NCBI GenBank assembly: GCA_049970055.1
Contig: JBMFNR010000001.1
Location: 288,001-352,000, forward strand
Direction of reading: 5' to 3'
DNA: 64,000 nt
Source of the DNA: Fervidobacterium sp.
GTDB taxonomy: Bacteria > Thermotogota > Thermotogae > Thermotogales > Fervidobacteriaceae
Shown one piece after another: positions 9,855-20,677 of this stretch. The position numbers and the translations under genes were made by a program. Within the stretch, counting starts at the first letter, position 1. Each line of letters starts with the position of its first letter. The notes beneath the pieces were generated by a model. That model was not told the DNA's origin. It ran no database searches and saw only the letters and a list, made by a program, of their open reading frames with translations.

Positions 9855-9898
9855 AATGATAACCTTAATACCGATCAATGCACTTATGGGGGGAGTTT

Positions 9899-11455
9899 AT
9901 GCATAAAAGATTCTGGAATTATCTTTGGTTCACAGTAGTTATCATGATTGTCTTTGTGCTATTTAGTTGCAGTAGTTATCACATCAAAAGTGGAGCAAGC
10001 GAAGGTAATATCTCAGAACTTGAGGGTGCGGTTATTATTCAGCCAAACATGAAAGATACGAATGCAGAAATCCTTGCAACTAATCTTCCGGAATACGATG
10101 TTTCTGTAATCTTTGGAGTGAATTTTGGAAAAGCAATTGCGAGCACAGATCTCTCTACTTTTGTCAAGTTGATAAAAAGTGACACAAGTGAAAATCTTGA
10201 AATCCAAGTGTATTTGTCAGATGATAAGAAAACACTTTTCATCAAACCGATTTTCAGATTTATACCAGGGAGTTCGGAAGTGATAACCAACGGGTTGAAG
10301 CCAGGATATGCTTACAGAATCGTTGTGAGTAGGTATCTTAAATTCTTAGATGGAAGCATCCTTGGGTATGATTATTTCTATGATTTCAAAACAAAAGATC
10401 TTGATTACGGTATATATTGGTGTGCATCAGACGGTAGAGCGGAAAAATTTATTGCGGGCAGAAAAAATTCATACTTCGATCCGACTAAACCATCGGTGAT
10501 ATACATACACGGTTGGCAAAAAGATACAACGTTAAGAGATTATTTTAGAGAATATCCATACTTTATTATCACTTCCAGTGTGAAAAATATTGATACTGGC
10601 AGGTTTTGGATTAACAAAGGTTTCAATATTGGTGTATTTTTTTGGAATCAATTTGCCGATGAATCAGAAGTGAAAGATGCGGAAGCCAAAATTTGGTTTT
10701 ACAACAACGGATACAAAAATATGAGATACAGACTTTACGATGGATCATACAAAGATTTTGCGCTTCCGAAAAGTGTCGGAGATTTAGCATTCGAAGAGTT
10801 TGTTAAAAACTTCTCTAATTATAATGGATCAGAAATCAGAATTGTTGGACATTCTTTGGGTAACCAACTCGCGACACTTCTTACCTATAAGGTTCATCAA
10901 GCAATAAAGTCAGGGCAATTGCCACAGAATGTTATGCCAAAAAGACTTGTATTGTTGGATCCATTCTGGAGTAAATATGGAAAGTCATATCTCGGGGGAA
11001 AGACAACAAGTGAAATTTCGTCAAATTATGTGAGAGAAATGATAGAGCAAAGGGGCTTAGCTGTAGAAATGTACAAAAGTAGTATGCTCGGAGGTTACCT
11101 TGTTGGTGACGAAAATGCAGCTATGAAGAGTATAGTTGCATTTTACAGGTTATGGCCAGATTTTATTGCGCTTAATCCCGTTGAACAGCATGGATACGCG
11201 GTTGTGTGGTATTTTTGGTCGATGGCAGGGTTAGTTAATGGTTATGGATACAAATTTGGTGCAGCAACAAGTGCTGATTCTGTAAAAGCAATGATGAATT
11301 GGGATTGGTCAAAAAATTTACCTCTTTCGAAAGACAAGCTGAAGATGTGGTATACAGAAGGCGATGGGAACAAGACCCCTACACCACTTGATGATTATTT
11401 CGTTTTGAAATCCGGTGTGAGTACCTGGAATGACGAAATAGACACAAATTACTAA
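9899..11455 (+). CDS. Lipoprotein with Ig-like N-terminal region and alpha/beta-hydrolase domain
   Basis: Lipobox LFSC; YIHGWQ oxyanion motif; GHSLG nucleophile elbow; LLDPF; GGGGAG RBS. Confidence 0.75.
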   Translation: MHKRFWNYLWFTVVIMIVFVLFSCSSYHIKSGASEGNISELEGAVIIQPNMKDTNAEILATNLPEYDVSVIFGVNFGKAIASTDLSTFVKLIKSDTSENLEIQVYLSDDKKTLFIKPIFRFIPGSSEVITNGLKPGYAYRIVVSRYLKFLDGSILGYDYFYDFKTKDLDYGIYWCASDGRAEKFIAGRKNSYFDPTKPSVIYIHGWQKDTTLRDYFREYPYFIITSSVKNIDTGRFWINKGFNIGVFFWNQFADESEVKDAEAKIWFYNNGYKNMRYRLYDGSYKDFALPKSVGDLAFEEFVKNFSNYNGSEIRIVGHSLGNQLATLLTYKVHQAIKSGQLPQNVMPKRLVLLDPFWSKYGKSYLGGKTTSEISSNYVREMIEQRGLAVEMYKSSMLGGYLVGDENAAMKSIVAFYRLWPDFIALNPVEQHGYAVVWYFWSMAGLVNGYGYKFGAATSADSVKAMMNWDWSKNLPLSKDKLKMWYTEGDGNKTPTPLDDYFVLKSGVSTWNDEIDTNY

Positions 11456-11465
11456 ATTAAAAAAT

Positions 11466-11498
11466 AAAAACCCCGCACTATTATGTGCGGGTTTTTTT
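11466..11498. terminator. Bidirectional intrinsic terminator
   Basis: AAAAA-CCCCGCAC-loop-GTGCGGG-TTTTTTT between convergent genes. Confidence 0.85.
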
Positions 11499-11513
11499 CT
11501 TAACAATGTGAAC

Positions 11514-12839
11514 TTAAACATTTCCAGCTATATCGAGCTCACTTATCAAGATAGAAGGAACCACCATACCATTCAGACCTATGAAACCTCTTAAATCAGA
11601 GCCAACTTCTTCTATCATATTAAGCAATTCAAGGAAGTTTCCAGATATTGTTATCTGCTCAACACCATGTACTATCTCTCCATTTTCAACCTTCAGACCT
11701 TTAGCGCCAAGTGAGAAATTGCCGGATATTGGGTTCGCACCTGAGTGCATACCTTCAACTTCGATTATAACAATTCCATCGCCAAGTGCTTTGAGAAGCT
11801 TTTGGAAATCCTTCTCACCAGGTTTTACGAACAAATTGATAGGTGATATGGTCGTACCGTAAGCGTTACCTGTAGGTTCTACACCGTCTTTCTTTGCCGT
11901 TTTTAAATTATGCAAGAAGGTTCTTAGTACTCCTTTTTCGATAATCACTTTTTCCTTTGTTGGTACACCTTGACTATCAAATGGCGTAGCAATGATACTT
12001 AGCGGGTGCGAGGGTAGATCTTCTATCGTAAGCTTTTCAGAAGCTATTATCTCTTCTAACTTCCCTTTAAGTGGTGAGAGATTTTTATGTACATTATCGG
12101 CATTTATCATCGACACAAGCATACCAAGTATGTCGGAAAAGACATCGTTCCTTAATATAACGCGGTACTTTCCGCTCTTAACTGATTTCGAACCTATCAA
12201 TGCGATTGCTTCGTCTTTCGCTTTTGAACCGACGCGTTCTGGGTTTATTTCGGTTGGTTTTTTAGCGACTGCAAATTCGAAACCGGATCTTGGTGAAGTA
12301 TCTTTTGCAACCGCCATTGCGTACATGAAACCTCCGCCATTTGTGAAGGACACATCAAGCCCAAGTGTGTTGACAATCTTAGATTCGCTCATCTGATCTG
12401 AATACACAGCCATGTCGTTAATTATCCTTTCATCTTCTCTAATTTTCTTATGCACTATTTCGACAAAACTTAATCTTTGCTTGACTGAGAGATTTTCAAA
12501 ACATCCACTGTACGGCTCAATCTTTGGATAATCTCCACTGCCATCGTGAAAATACTCAACATCTTCTGTGTCCACGATGGATATATTTTCATACGCATCC
12601 ATGAAAACTTTTTCCGGATCTTCGATCGTCTCCGTGTAAGAAACACCTAACTTCCCTGCTTTAATCACTTGGACATTGATACGGAACTTCTCTGCATCCG
12701 TATATTGATCCATTGAACCATTTTGGTATCTCACTTGAAAATTTCTGCTTTTTGAATAGCTGATTTGGACTTCGACATTCTTTTCCTTTGCAAGAGCAAA
12801 TATTTTGTCTTTGAATTCTTCAAAACTTGTTGGCCTCAT
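11514..12839 (-). CDS. pmbA: PmbA/TldE family protein
   Basis: PFDSQG, GNFSLGAKG, ITISGN motifs; no HExxH; overlaps tldD stop. Confidence 0.9.
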   Translation of the reverse strand: MRPTSFEEFKDKIFALAKEKNVEVQISYSKSRNFQVRYQNGSMDQYTDAEKFRINVQVIKAGKLGVSYTETIEDPEKVFMDAYENISIVDTEDVEYFHDGSGDYPKIEPYSGCFENLSVKQRLSFVEIVHKKIREDERIINDMAVYSDQMSESKIVNTLGLDVSFTNGGGFMYAMAVAKDTSPRSGFEFAVAKKPTEINPERVGSKAKDEAIALIGSKSVKSGKYRVILRNDVFSDILGMLVSMINADNVHKNLSPLKGKLEEIIASEKLTIEDLPSHPLSIIATPFDSQGVPTKEKVIIEKGVLRTFLHNLKTAKKDGVEPTGNAYGTTISPINLFVKPGEKDFQKLLKALGDGIVIIEVEGMHSGANPISGNFSLGAKGLKVENGEIVHGVEQITISGNFLELLNMIEEVGSDLRGFIGLNGMVVPSILISELDIAGNV

Positions 12840-14236
12840 TTGCTTCGCCCCCCAACGATGATTTCACGCACCTTTATTGTTGGTTGTCCGACATCGGCAG
12901 GTATGGAACCACTGTAAGAACCGCACATTCCTTGTCCCCTTGCAACATCATTTCCAACCATTTCTATCTTTTGGATGATTTCGTAACCTTTTCCAATAAG
13001 TGTTGCCCCTTTAACAGGTTTGGTGATTTTGCCATGCTCAATCAGATACCCTTCGTTTACTGCAAAGTTAAATTCGCCGGTAGCAGGATTAACAGAACCT
13101 CCTCCCATCGTCTTTGCGTACAATCCGTAATCAACGGAAGCAATGATTTCCTCTGGGTGATAATCACCTGGGAGAATGAATGTATTGCTCATCCTTGATG
13201 TTGGTGCAAAAGTATAATCTTGTCTTCTTCCACTACCTGTTGATGGCATACCCATTCTTCTGGAACCGAGCTTATCTATCATATAACCTTTAAGAATACC
13301 TTTTTCGATCAGAACGATCCTTTGCGTTGGTGTACCTTCATCATCTATATTTGCGCTTCCCCAGGCATTCGGTATAGTCGCATCATCTACTGCACTCACG
13401 CACTCTGCGGCAACTTGCTGTCCAAGTTTACCAGCGAAAACGGACATTCCCCTGGCGACAGAGCTTGCCTCAAGTGCATGTCCAACTGCTTCATGGAAGA
13501 TAACTCCACCGAATTCATTTGAAATAACCACCGTCATTTTTCCGGCGGGAGCGGGTTCTGCATCCACCATCCTTGCAGCAATTCTTGCAGCTCTAACACC
13601 AGCCTGTTCAACATTAATCCGTTCCAAAAATTCAGGTCCCATAGCCGCTCCAGGTCCGTAAAATCCAGATTCCATCTGACCATCTTTTGTGGCAACGGCG
13701 TTTATCATAAGTCTTGTTCTAACACGGTTGTCCGTAACGTACACACCTTCCGAATTCGCTATTAAAACGTATTGATCGTAGTCCCAATAATTAACAACAA
13801 CTTGAGCAATAAGAGGAGAGTAATTCTTGGCAGCTTCGTAAGCTCTCTTCATGTACCCGACTTTTGCTTCTTTCTTTACTTGTTCAGGTTTTAGCAATAT
13901 GAAATGTCTGTTTTCTAACTCTTTCTTGCGTAAATTCAAAGTAAGTTCCCTAATCTTAACCTCACCAAGTGCTTCCCCCACTCTTTTTGCAACAGCCAAA
14001 ATATTTTCTCTTGACAAATCGTTTGTGTAAGCATATATTGCTTTGTCACCTAAGAACCCTCGTATTCCAACACCAAACATCCTACCAGTTTGTGCGTTTT
14101 CAACTCTACCGTTTTTTAATGAAATATTCGTTGAGTACCTATCCTCAACAAAAACTTCCGCAAAGTCACCACCGTATTTTAATACCGTGGCTATGATCTC
14201 CTCAACAAAACTCTTATCAAACCTGTCAAGCACCAT
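12836..14236 (-). CDS. tldD: TldD metalloprotease
   Basis: FHEAVGHALE zinc motif, DDEGTP, RMSNT, GMCG..SGSIPADVGQP. Confidence 0.95.
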   Translation of the reverse strand: MVLDRFDKSFVEEIIATVLKYGGDFAEVFVEDRYSTNISLKNGRVENAQTGRMFGVGIRGFLGDKAIYAYTNDLSRENILAVAKRVGEALGEVKIRELTLNLRKKELENRHFILLKPEQVKKEAKVGYMKRAYEAAKNYSPLIAQVVVNYWDYDQYVLIANSEGVYVTDNRVRTRLMINAVATKDGQMESGFYGPGAAMGPEFLERINVEQAGVRAARIAARMVDAEPAPAGKMTVVISNEFGGVIFHEAVGHALEASSVARGMSVFAGKLGQQVAAECVSAVDDATIPNAWGSANIDDEGTPTQRIVLIEKGILKGYMIDKLGSRRMGMPSTGSGRRQDYTFAPTSRMSNTFILPGDYHPEEIIASVDYGLYAKTMGGGSVNPATGEFNFAVNEGYLIEHGKITKPVKGATLIGKGYEIIQKIEMVGNDVARGQGMCGSYSGSIPADVGQPTIKVREIIVGGRSK

Positions 14237-14374
14237 GAATCACCCCCAACAGTCGCATTGATACACAGTGGTTTCGTATACGTGAAATAATTCGTATACC
14301 GAACTTTTAATTATCTTACAGGTACGTGTGAAAAAAGTCAAGCGCTTTTGGATCAAAAAATTGGTCAAAAACGG

Positions 14375-16108
14375 CTAAATTCTTTCAAAAAAGCTATCCA
14401 ATTGAGAGTATGTTAACTTCATCATAATAGGCCTTCCATGAGGACAGGTAAGTAAACTTTTTCTTTTTATTTCTTCAATCAATTTTATTACTTCATCTTT
14501 AGAAAGTTTATCCCCTGTTTTTACCGCGGCTTTGCAAGATTTCGATGCGAGAACGTAAGTTAGCCCCTTCGGTTTTTCGAAAGGAATTCTGTACTCATCA
14601 AGTACTTCCAAAAATACATCCGATGCATCTGTAACCTTCAGTATAGAGGGTATCTGTTTTAAAATAACACTACCTGAGCCGTCTTCGTTTTCTTTCACTT
14701 CAAAATCAAATCCGAGTTCTTGAAATTCATTTTTCATCTGCTGAGTAAGTTGAAGCATGCTTTTACTAATCTTAATTTCGATGGGTAAGAGTAGAGGCAC
14801 GCTTTCAAAATTCCTTTCTTTCAGTTGTTCAAATATTATCCTCTCGTGTGCCGCATGGAAATCTACTACAGTTAATCCATCACGATCTTCGAAAACTATA
14901 TACCTGTTACGTATAATTAAATATTCAGCAGGCAAATAAAAATCTTTTTCTTCTGTGAGGAAGACAGGTTGGAAAATTTTTGACGCTTCAGACACTACTT
15001 GCATATCTTGTTTGCCCGGGTTATATGTTAAATTTTTGAGAAGATTTTCAGAATAAGATTGGTAATTTGATGTAGTTTGATCGAAAGTTCCTTCATCTAT
15101 TTTTTTACCAATTACCAGGTTGTATGAGCTGAATTTTCTAAGATTTTCACGAATCGTTCTTGCAAGCTTATTGTAAACCACTTGCGGGTCTGAGAATTTC
15201 ACCTGTAATTTCTGTGGATGAATATTTACATCGATCTTATCCGGTGAGAGATCCAAGAAAATTACAGCGTACGGATGACTTCCTTGGGTTATTGATTCGC
15301 CGTACCCTCTTTCAAGTGCAAGATTCAAAAGATTATCCAGAACAAATCGTTTGTTAACGAAAAAAACTTGACCAGATCGATTCTTTCTTACGTACTGCGG
15401 TGATGAAATAACACCAGAGATCAGAACATTTTCGCTAAGATCATGATCGATTGGCTTGAACTCTTTGACTTCCGGAAATATGATTGAGAACCTGTCTTGT
15501 AAGGTTCCAGGATGTGCGTTGTATACCGTTTCATCTTCAACTTTAAATAAAAACTTTACATCCGGCCTTATAAGCATGAACTTTTCAATGATCTCCGTTA
15601 CCATACGTGTTTCTACCCTTTCGGAAGACAAAAATTTTCTTCTCGCTGGTATATTGTAAAGTAGATCGTAAACCTCCACTGTCGTACCCTTATCTCTGTG
15701 TGTTTCAGAAATCTTCGCGATTTTTCCACCTACAACTTCAAGTTTGTAGGCTGCATTGCCATCGCAAGATGTGATAACTGTTCTTGAGACCTCAACAATG
15801 GAAGCGAGTGCTTCACCGCGAAATCCATACGAATAGATGCTATATATATCTTCAATGGTTGAAATCTTACTCGTGGTAAATCGTTGTACAGCCAAGAGGA
15901 TATCTTCTTTTGACATCCCCGATCCATTATCCGATACCTTGATGTAAGATTTTCCACCATTTTTTATAACGACTTCAATGCTACTCGCGCCTGCGTCTAA
16001 ACTGTTCTCTATAAGCTCCTTTACAACGGAAGCAGGATTCACAACAACTTCGCCTGCAGCGATTTTTGAAACCACTTCCTGTGGAAGTTTCTTTATGATA
16101 GGCAACAA
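14375..16108 (-). CDS. mutL: DNA mismatch repair endonuclease MutL
   Basis: KIAAGEVV..PASVVKELIENSLDA, GFRGEALASI, DFHAAHER, SCKAAVK, CPHGRP. Confidence 0.97.
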   Translation of the reverse strand: MLPIIKKLPQEVVSKIAAGEVVVNPASVVKELIENSLDAGASSIEVVIKNGGKSYIKVSDNGSGMSKEDILLAVQRFTTSKISTIEDIYSIYSYGFRGEALASIVEVSRTVITSCDGNAAYKLEVVGGKIAKISETHRDKGTTVEVYDLLYNIPARRKFLSSERVETRMVTEIIEKFMLIRPDVKFLFKVEDETVYNAHPGTLQDRFSIIFPEVKEFKPIDHDLSENVLISGVISSPQYVRKNRSGQVFFVNKRFVLDNLLNLALERGYGESITQGSHPYAVIFLDLSPDKIDVNIHPQKLQVKFSDPQVVYNKLARTIRENLRKFSSYNLVIGKKIDEGTFDQTTSNYQSYSENLLKNLTYNPGKQDMQVVSEASKIFQPVFLTEEKDFYLPAEYLIIRNRYIVFEDRDGLTVVDFHAAHERIIFEQLKERNFESVPLLLPIEIKISKSMLQLTQQMKNEFQELGFDFEVKENEDGSGSVILKQIPSILKVTDASDVFLEVLDEYRIPFEKPKGLTYVLASKSCKAAVKTGDKLSKDEVIKLIEEIKRKSLLTCPHGRPIMMKLTYSQLDSFFERI

Positions 16109-16189
16109 ATATCACTCCTCTAAACTACCTTATAATGTAACACGACTTGCTGTAAAATATTATACTATACTAAATACCATAATGAAATG

Positions 16190-16219
16190 AAAAAAAGGCA
16201 TCCCAAATGGGATGCCTTT
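16190..16219 (-). terminator. Intrinsic terminator
   Basis: AAAGGCATCCC-AAAT-GGGATGCCTTT with A7 tract (U-tract on minus strand). Confidence 0.85.
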
Positions 16220-16233
16220 GATATTCTTAAATA

Positions 16234-17484
16234 TTATAGTCCACCGGAGAGCGTCAAAGCAACACCTACACCTGGTGTCGTCTGACCTACTGGAATTATT
16301 TGATTTGTCGTTGCGGTCAATTTAAGATCTGCATTAACAAAGAACAAGTTAACTCCAAGCCCAAGCGTGTGCGAATAGCCAGCTGAATTCATTCCAAGCA
16401 TGTAGTATATCTTCGTAATACCAAGGTTGAAACCTGCAAATCCTTTTGCCATCCAATTTCCGTCCATCCAATAACTTCCAGCGATTCCCCACATCAGAAA
16501 ACTTCCACCTTTTAGGTACGCTGAAATTTGCATTGGTGGTATGGCTTCAGCAGGCTCAATTAAGTAAGAAACAGACGGTTCGGCAAAATTATACGTTGCA
16601 TCGTACGTTATATTTGTCCCATCACCTGTATAAACAATCTTTCCATCTGCTGCAACATCTATAGCATAAGTTGCTTTAGCTGGTAAGATAACAAAGTTCT
16701 TAATAGCAATCCCGAAATTATCCCAACCAAGTCCAAAGTCCAACGAAACGCCTGCGTAATTTTGGATAAATGAATTGATTGAACCCGTTTCCAAAGCGTT
16801 TTTTGCATCATTTATTAATGTGTCTATAGCATAGTTTATGTCTGTGAGTAAGTAGCTGCTTAACAGCCTTGCATTTGCACTCACATTAAGTTCTGCATAT
16901 GCCGGACTAGCAGAGGATGTGTAAGAAGCACTAGCAATTGTATGATCCTTATCACTAATTGCAACTGGAGAATATAAATTTGCACCTATATACAAGGGTC
17001 CAAGTACGACGGCCCCACCAACATTCATAACAATGTTTGCTTTCAGGAACTCTTGTACTTCGTCTTCATATGTTTGTCCGGTTTTTGTTTCATCGAAAAG
17101 TAAACTTGAGAACGTTTTAGGAATCTTAATCCCTATATTTCCATCAATTTTTGCGTACGGAATGAGCCTAAAACCAAACAAATTAAAATGACCGTACATT
17201 CCCATGTTTGCGTTGACAAATATATTTAGACCTTCATTTACAACTGCGCTCATAGCATCTTTGTCGATAACTATCTCTTCTTCGTTAAGAAACGCATTCA
17301 GGTTGTCTATATTGAGCAGATTTTGTGAAATTTCTATATCGGCAAATGGAACGACCTTAAAAAGTGCAGTCATATCCTCTTTTACAAGAGAGATATTACC
17401 GTACGGTCCAAATGGTTGTATAACCATTGGGTATGAAACAATCGACGTGAAAATAAATATCAATGCGATGAATTTTATTCTCAT
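16234..17484 (-). CDS. Exported hypothetical protein, probable outer-membrane beta-barrel
   Basis: Signal peptide; many alternating hydrophobic/Gly/aromatic strands (GFAGFNLG, HTLGLGVNL, GVGVALTLSGGL); GAGGTG RBS. Confidence 0.6.
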   Translation of the reverse strand: MRIKFIALIFIFTSIVSYPMVIQPFGPYGNISLVKEDMTALFKVVPFADIEISQNLLNIDNLNAFLNEEEIVIDKDAMSAVVNEGLNIFVNANMGMYGHFNLFGFRLIPYAKIDGNIGIKIPKTFSSLLFDETKTGQTYEDEVQEFLKANIVMNVGGAVVLGPLYIGANLYSPVAISDKDHTIASASYTSSASPAYAELNVSANARLLSSYLLTDINYAIDTLINDAKNALETGSINSFIQNYAGVSLDFGLGWDNFGIAIKNFVILPAKATYAIDVAADGKIVYTGDGTNITYDATYNFAEPSVSYLIEPAEAIPPMQISAYLKGGSFLMWGIAGSYWMDGNWMAKGFAGFNLGITKIYYMLGMNSAGYSHTLGLGVNLFFVNADLKLTATTNQIIPVGQTTPGVGVALTLSGGL

Positions 17485-17499
17485 AAGTATCACCTCACT

Positions 17500-20034
17500 T
17501 CAGTTTGATCGGAGATTAACGCTAGTTGCAACTTCAAGGTCTACCGCCAGGAATGGTGCTATGTTTAGAGTACCGTTGTAATTTAAACCAATAGTTTTAC
17601 CTGCAGGAACAATTATTTCCCACGGTGTGGCATTGCTGGCAAGCAATTCTAACTTATCTTTTGGTATTTCAACAACGGTATTACTATTATCACCACTGTT
17701 TATATCAACTTGCACAATCGGTTGCCCGTTGGGATACTTACCCAAATTCAACCGAGCTTGAAGACCTGTAGTATTGTTAAATACTGAGAATTTCAATTTT
17801 GCCACTTTAACTATGTCTTTTAAATTTTCCAATGATGAAAGGTCAATTGTACCATCTTTTACTTTCACGTCTGTGGGCGCATGCAGTTGTAAAGGTATAT
17901 TACTTTCCAATGTAAAAATAATCTCACTATCGGTAGCTAATGTTCCTCCGCCTGTATCCATCTCTATCGACATCGTAAGCTGTTCTTTATTTTTAATTAG
18001 CCGCTTTATTATGTTGCCAATGTCAACTCGTGTACCTTTTGTTAAATACACCTTATCGCCACTGATTGTCAGCGTTGCATCTGGCGAGAGCGTTGAATTT
18101 GTAACATCAAACCCCACAAGAGCTTCAATGTTGAAGTCAAAGCTGCTTAAGAAGTCAAAATCTTCTGGGAAAAGGTTTCCAAAGTCGTAAATCGTACCGA
18201 AATCTTGGGTAAATGTTGCATTCTTTAATGAAACTTCGGTAATTTCAAACTTCTCGAATTTCGGGCTGATTGAGAGATTTATTCCATCTTTTAGTAGCAC
18301 ATTTTCAACGATTATTGGAACTGAAAGTGTAGGTGTTATCGTCATATTAAACGCTTGGAATGTTGCGAAGTCAATAGTTTTATTTTCAGCTTTTAATGAA
18401 ATTGTCCCTGTTCCATTTAGATTATGCTGACCTTCACCACTCGTTAGGAAATTGGATGCAATTGTCAACTGGACTGCTGATGTGATATTTGAGACGTCGT
18501 AATTCAAATCTATTTGTAAATCAATTGTTGCACTATTTGCTAAATCTTTTACAAAATCTGGAATTGGTTGGTTTACCACGATTGGTTGGACTGCTGTTGC
18601 ACTCATCAATTTTGCCATACTAATTTTTGCGTCGTTTGAAGCTGAAGATGAGTATGTTATCGAGGGGCTACTGACATCAGCATCAATATGAACGTTTAAA
18701 CTTGCCGGTAAACTTACATTGGTAAGTGGTAAAGCCAAACTTTCGTCTTCTAAAACCACTGAATTACCACCAAATGTACCACTCACGTTTGTTAACGACA
18801 AACCGTTGAAGGACAGGTAAATTTTCCCCTGACTGAAAGTAAGTTCTTGTACATTTTCTGGTAGAGGGATATTTATTGCTAATGGATAATCCTTTATCGA
18901 AATCACATTAACACTTGGGGTTACTCTAATCTTTGGCATTTGAGTTCTAAAATCTGCACTGACCGTACCTGTGAGTGTGATTACTCCTTCTATTGTAATT
19001 CCATCACTAAGTGTGAAAAATTTTGTATTATCGATACTTATAGTCGCTGTTTTGCCACTTCCACTCCCCGTTCCTATCGTTGTTGATCCTGATTTCAAAG
19101 TAAATTGTTGACTTATATTTCCCGTTATGTTGGCTATAATTTCGGTGGGTATAGTACCTGAGAGCTTCATTTGCCAGTTTTCAGACGACGTAAATATCTG
19201 ATTGTTAATGTTTATTTCAATTTTTCCATTACTAAGCTGTGATGTATCAAGGTCTTTGAAGTAGTTCAAAGCGGGATTTTTGAATTCAAGTGATATTTGG
19301 GCATACCCTGATGTTGAAGCATTGAATTTAATTTGAACGTTTGATGATTTTTTTACCAAAAGGTTTGTTACAGGTACCTCTGCCCCGTTGTTTAAGTTGA
19401 CGTTTCTTCCATCGACTGCTAATTGAACATTAGAAACACTCACGCCTGTTATATTTATGTACACATTGACTGTGTAAAAGTTGGCCTCGCTAAAATATAG
19501 AGAATCAAGTATTGAGCTTGGTATTGTAATTGAATTTGCACCGATATTTATTGGAACACCTTGATTTTCCAAAAGTGTTAAATTATCTACAGGTATCGCT
19601 GCACTTCCCAAAAACGGTGATAATTCCGTTACCACAAAGGAAGGAAGTGTTACACTACCAGACAACTGGCTTAAAAATTGTGACGCATCGATTCTGATGT
19701 TAAAATTATTGGACAAATTTCCCAGTTCTTGCTGTATCTGCTTTTGTACCTCTTTAAGCAACGTTGCTGGGCTGTATTCTACCTGTGTTGCAAAACTTAA
19801 TACGATTGGATCTTCTTTCCTCAATGTTAGATAATTTGGCATATTATTTTCGAATTGCGATGTGAGATCTTTAACTTTGAGATCATAGGTGGTAATTGGA
19901 AATTCCAAGTATTTTGTGTATTTCACACTAACTTTCTCTGGAGCCTTCTGCGGAATTCTCAAACCACATGAAAATACAAATATTAAGACAAAAGCCGTAG
20001 ATAAGATCAAATATACTCTCTTTGAACCTTTCAT
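17500..20034 (-). CDS. Large beta-rich lipoprotein, unknown function
   Basis: 844 aa; lipobox VFSC; rich in I/V/T/S/N beta-strand pattern; GGAGGTGG RBS. Confidence 0.7.
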   Translation of the reverse strand: MKGSKRVYLILSTAFVLIFVFSCGLRIPQKAPEKVSVKYTKYLEFPITTYDLKVKDLTSQFENNMPNYLTLRKEDPIVLSFATQVEYSPATLLKEVQKQIQQELGNLSNNFNIRIDASQFLSQLSGSVTLPSFVVTELSPFLGSAAIPVDNLTLLENQGVPINIGANSITIPSSILDSLYFSEANFYTVNVYINITGVSVSNVQLAVDGRNVNLNNGAEVPVTNLLVKKSSNVQIKFNASTSGYAQISLEFKNPALNYFKDLDTSQLSNGKIEININNQIFTSSENWQMKLSGTIPTEIIANITGNISQQFTLKSGSTTIGTGSGSGKTATISIDNTKFFTLSDGITIEGVITLTGTVSADFRTQMPKIRVTPSVNVISIKDYPLAINIPLPENVQELTFSQGKIYLSFNGLSLTNVSGTFGGNSVVLEDESLALPLTNVSLPASLNVHIDADVSSPSITYSSSASNDAKISMAKLMSATAVQPIVVNQPIPDFVKDLANSATIDLQIDLNYDVSNITSAVQLTIASNFLTSGEGQHNLNGTGTISLKAENKTIDFATFQAFNMTITPTLSVPIIVENVLLKDGINLSISPKFEKFEITEVSLKNATFTQDFGTIYDFGNLFPEDFDFLSSFDFNIEALVGFDVTNSTLSPDATLTISGDKVYLTKGTRVDIGNIIKRLIKNKEQLTMSIEMDTGGGTLATDSEIIFTLESNIPLQLHAPTDVKVKDGTIDLSSLENLKDIVKVAKLKFSVFNNTTGLQARLNLGKYPNGQPIVQVDINSGDNSNTVVEIPKDKLELLASNATPWEIIVPAGKTIGLNYNGTLNIAPFLAVDLEVATSVNLRSN

Positions 20035-20251
20035 ACAACCACCACCTCCAAATAGATTAATCGGAAAATCAACTCAAATTTAACTCGCTACTCATTAGAC
20101 CATACAACAGAATATTTCGTTCAGGAAAAATAAAAATTAACTTTGAATACACTTGTAGGAATTCAGATCTATGTGGTAGAATATTATAGTAGAATATTGT
20201 GCTAAAATACATATGTAACCCTAAAAAGGCTATATCATGGGGGCAGATTAT

Positions 20252-20647
20252 ATGAGTAATTCAATTTTTAATTCAAATTTTGACACACTTAAAACGGCTC
20301 TCGACGTGCAGATGAAACGTCAAGAGTTGCATGCACAAAACATAGCAAATGTAGAAACACCAGGATACAAAAGAAAATACATTGCATTTGAGGAATACTT
20401 ACAGGATTCAAAAATGAAATTGCAGATAACAAGAACAAACGAAAAACACCTTTCCACGCTACCAAAAGTTGTCAACGCGAAAGAAGTAACTCAAACAAAC
20501 ACATCATTAACAAACGACAGAAACAACGTAGATATCGACATGGAAGTTACAGAAATGGTAAAGGATGCATTGCGTTATCAAGTTCTTTCGAGACTTATGA
20601 GTGCAAATATTGACAGGTACAACACAGTTATTAGAAACACAAGATAA
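20252..20647 (+). CDS. flgB: Flagellar basal-body rod protein FlgB
   Basis: AQNIANVETPGYK; NNVDIDME. Confidence 0.95.
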   Translation: MSNSIFNSNFDTLKTALDVQMKRQELHAQNIANVETPGYKRKYIAFEEYLQDSKMKLQITRTNEKHLSTLPKVVNAKEVTQTNTSLTNDRNNVDIDMEVTEMVKDALRYQVLSRLMSANIDRYNTVIRNTR

Positions 20648-20677
20648 GATATTGAAAATTTAAAGTACATTTAAGAG

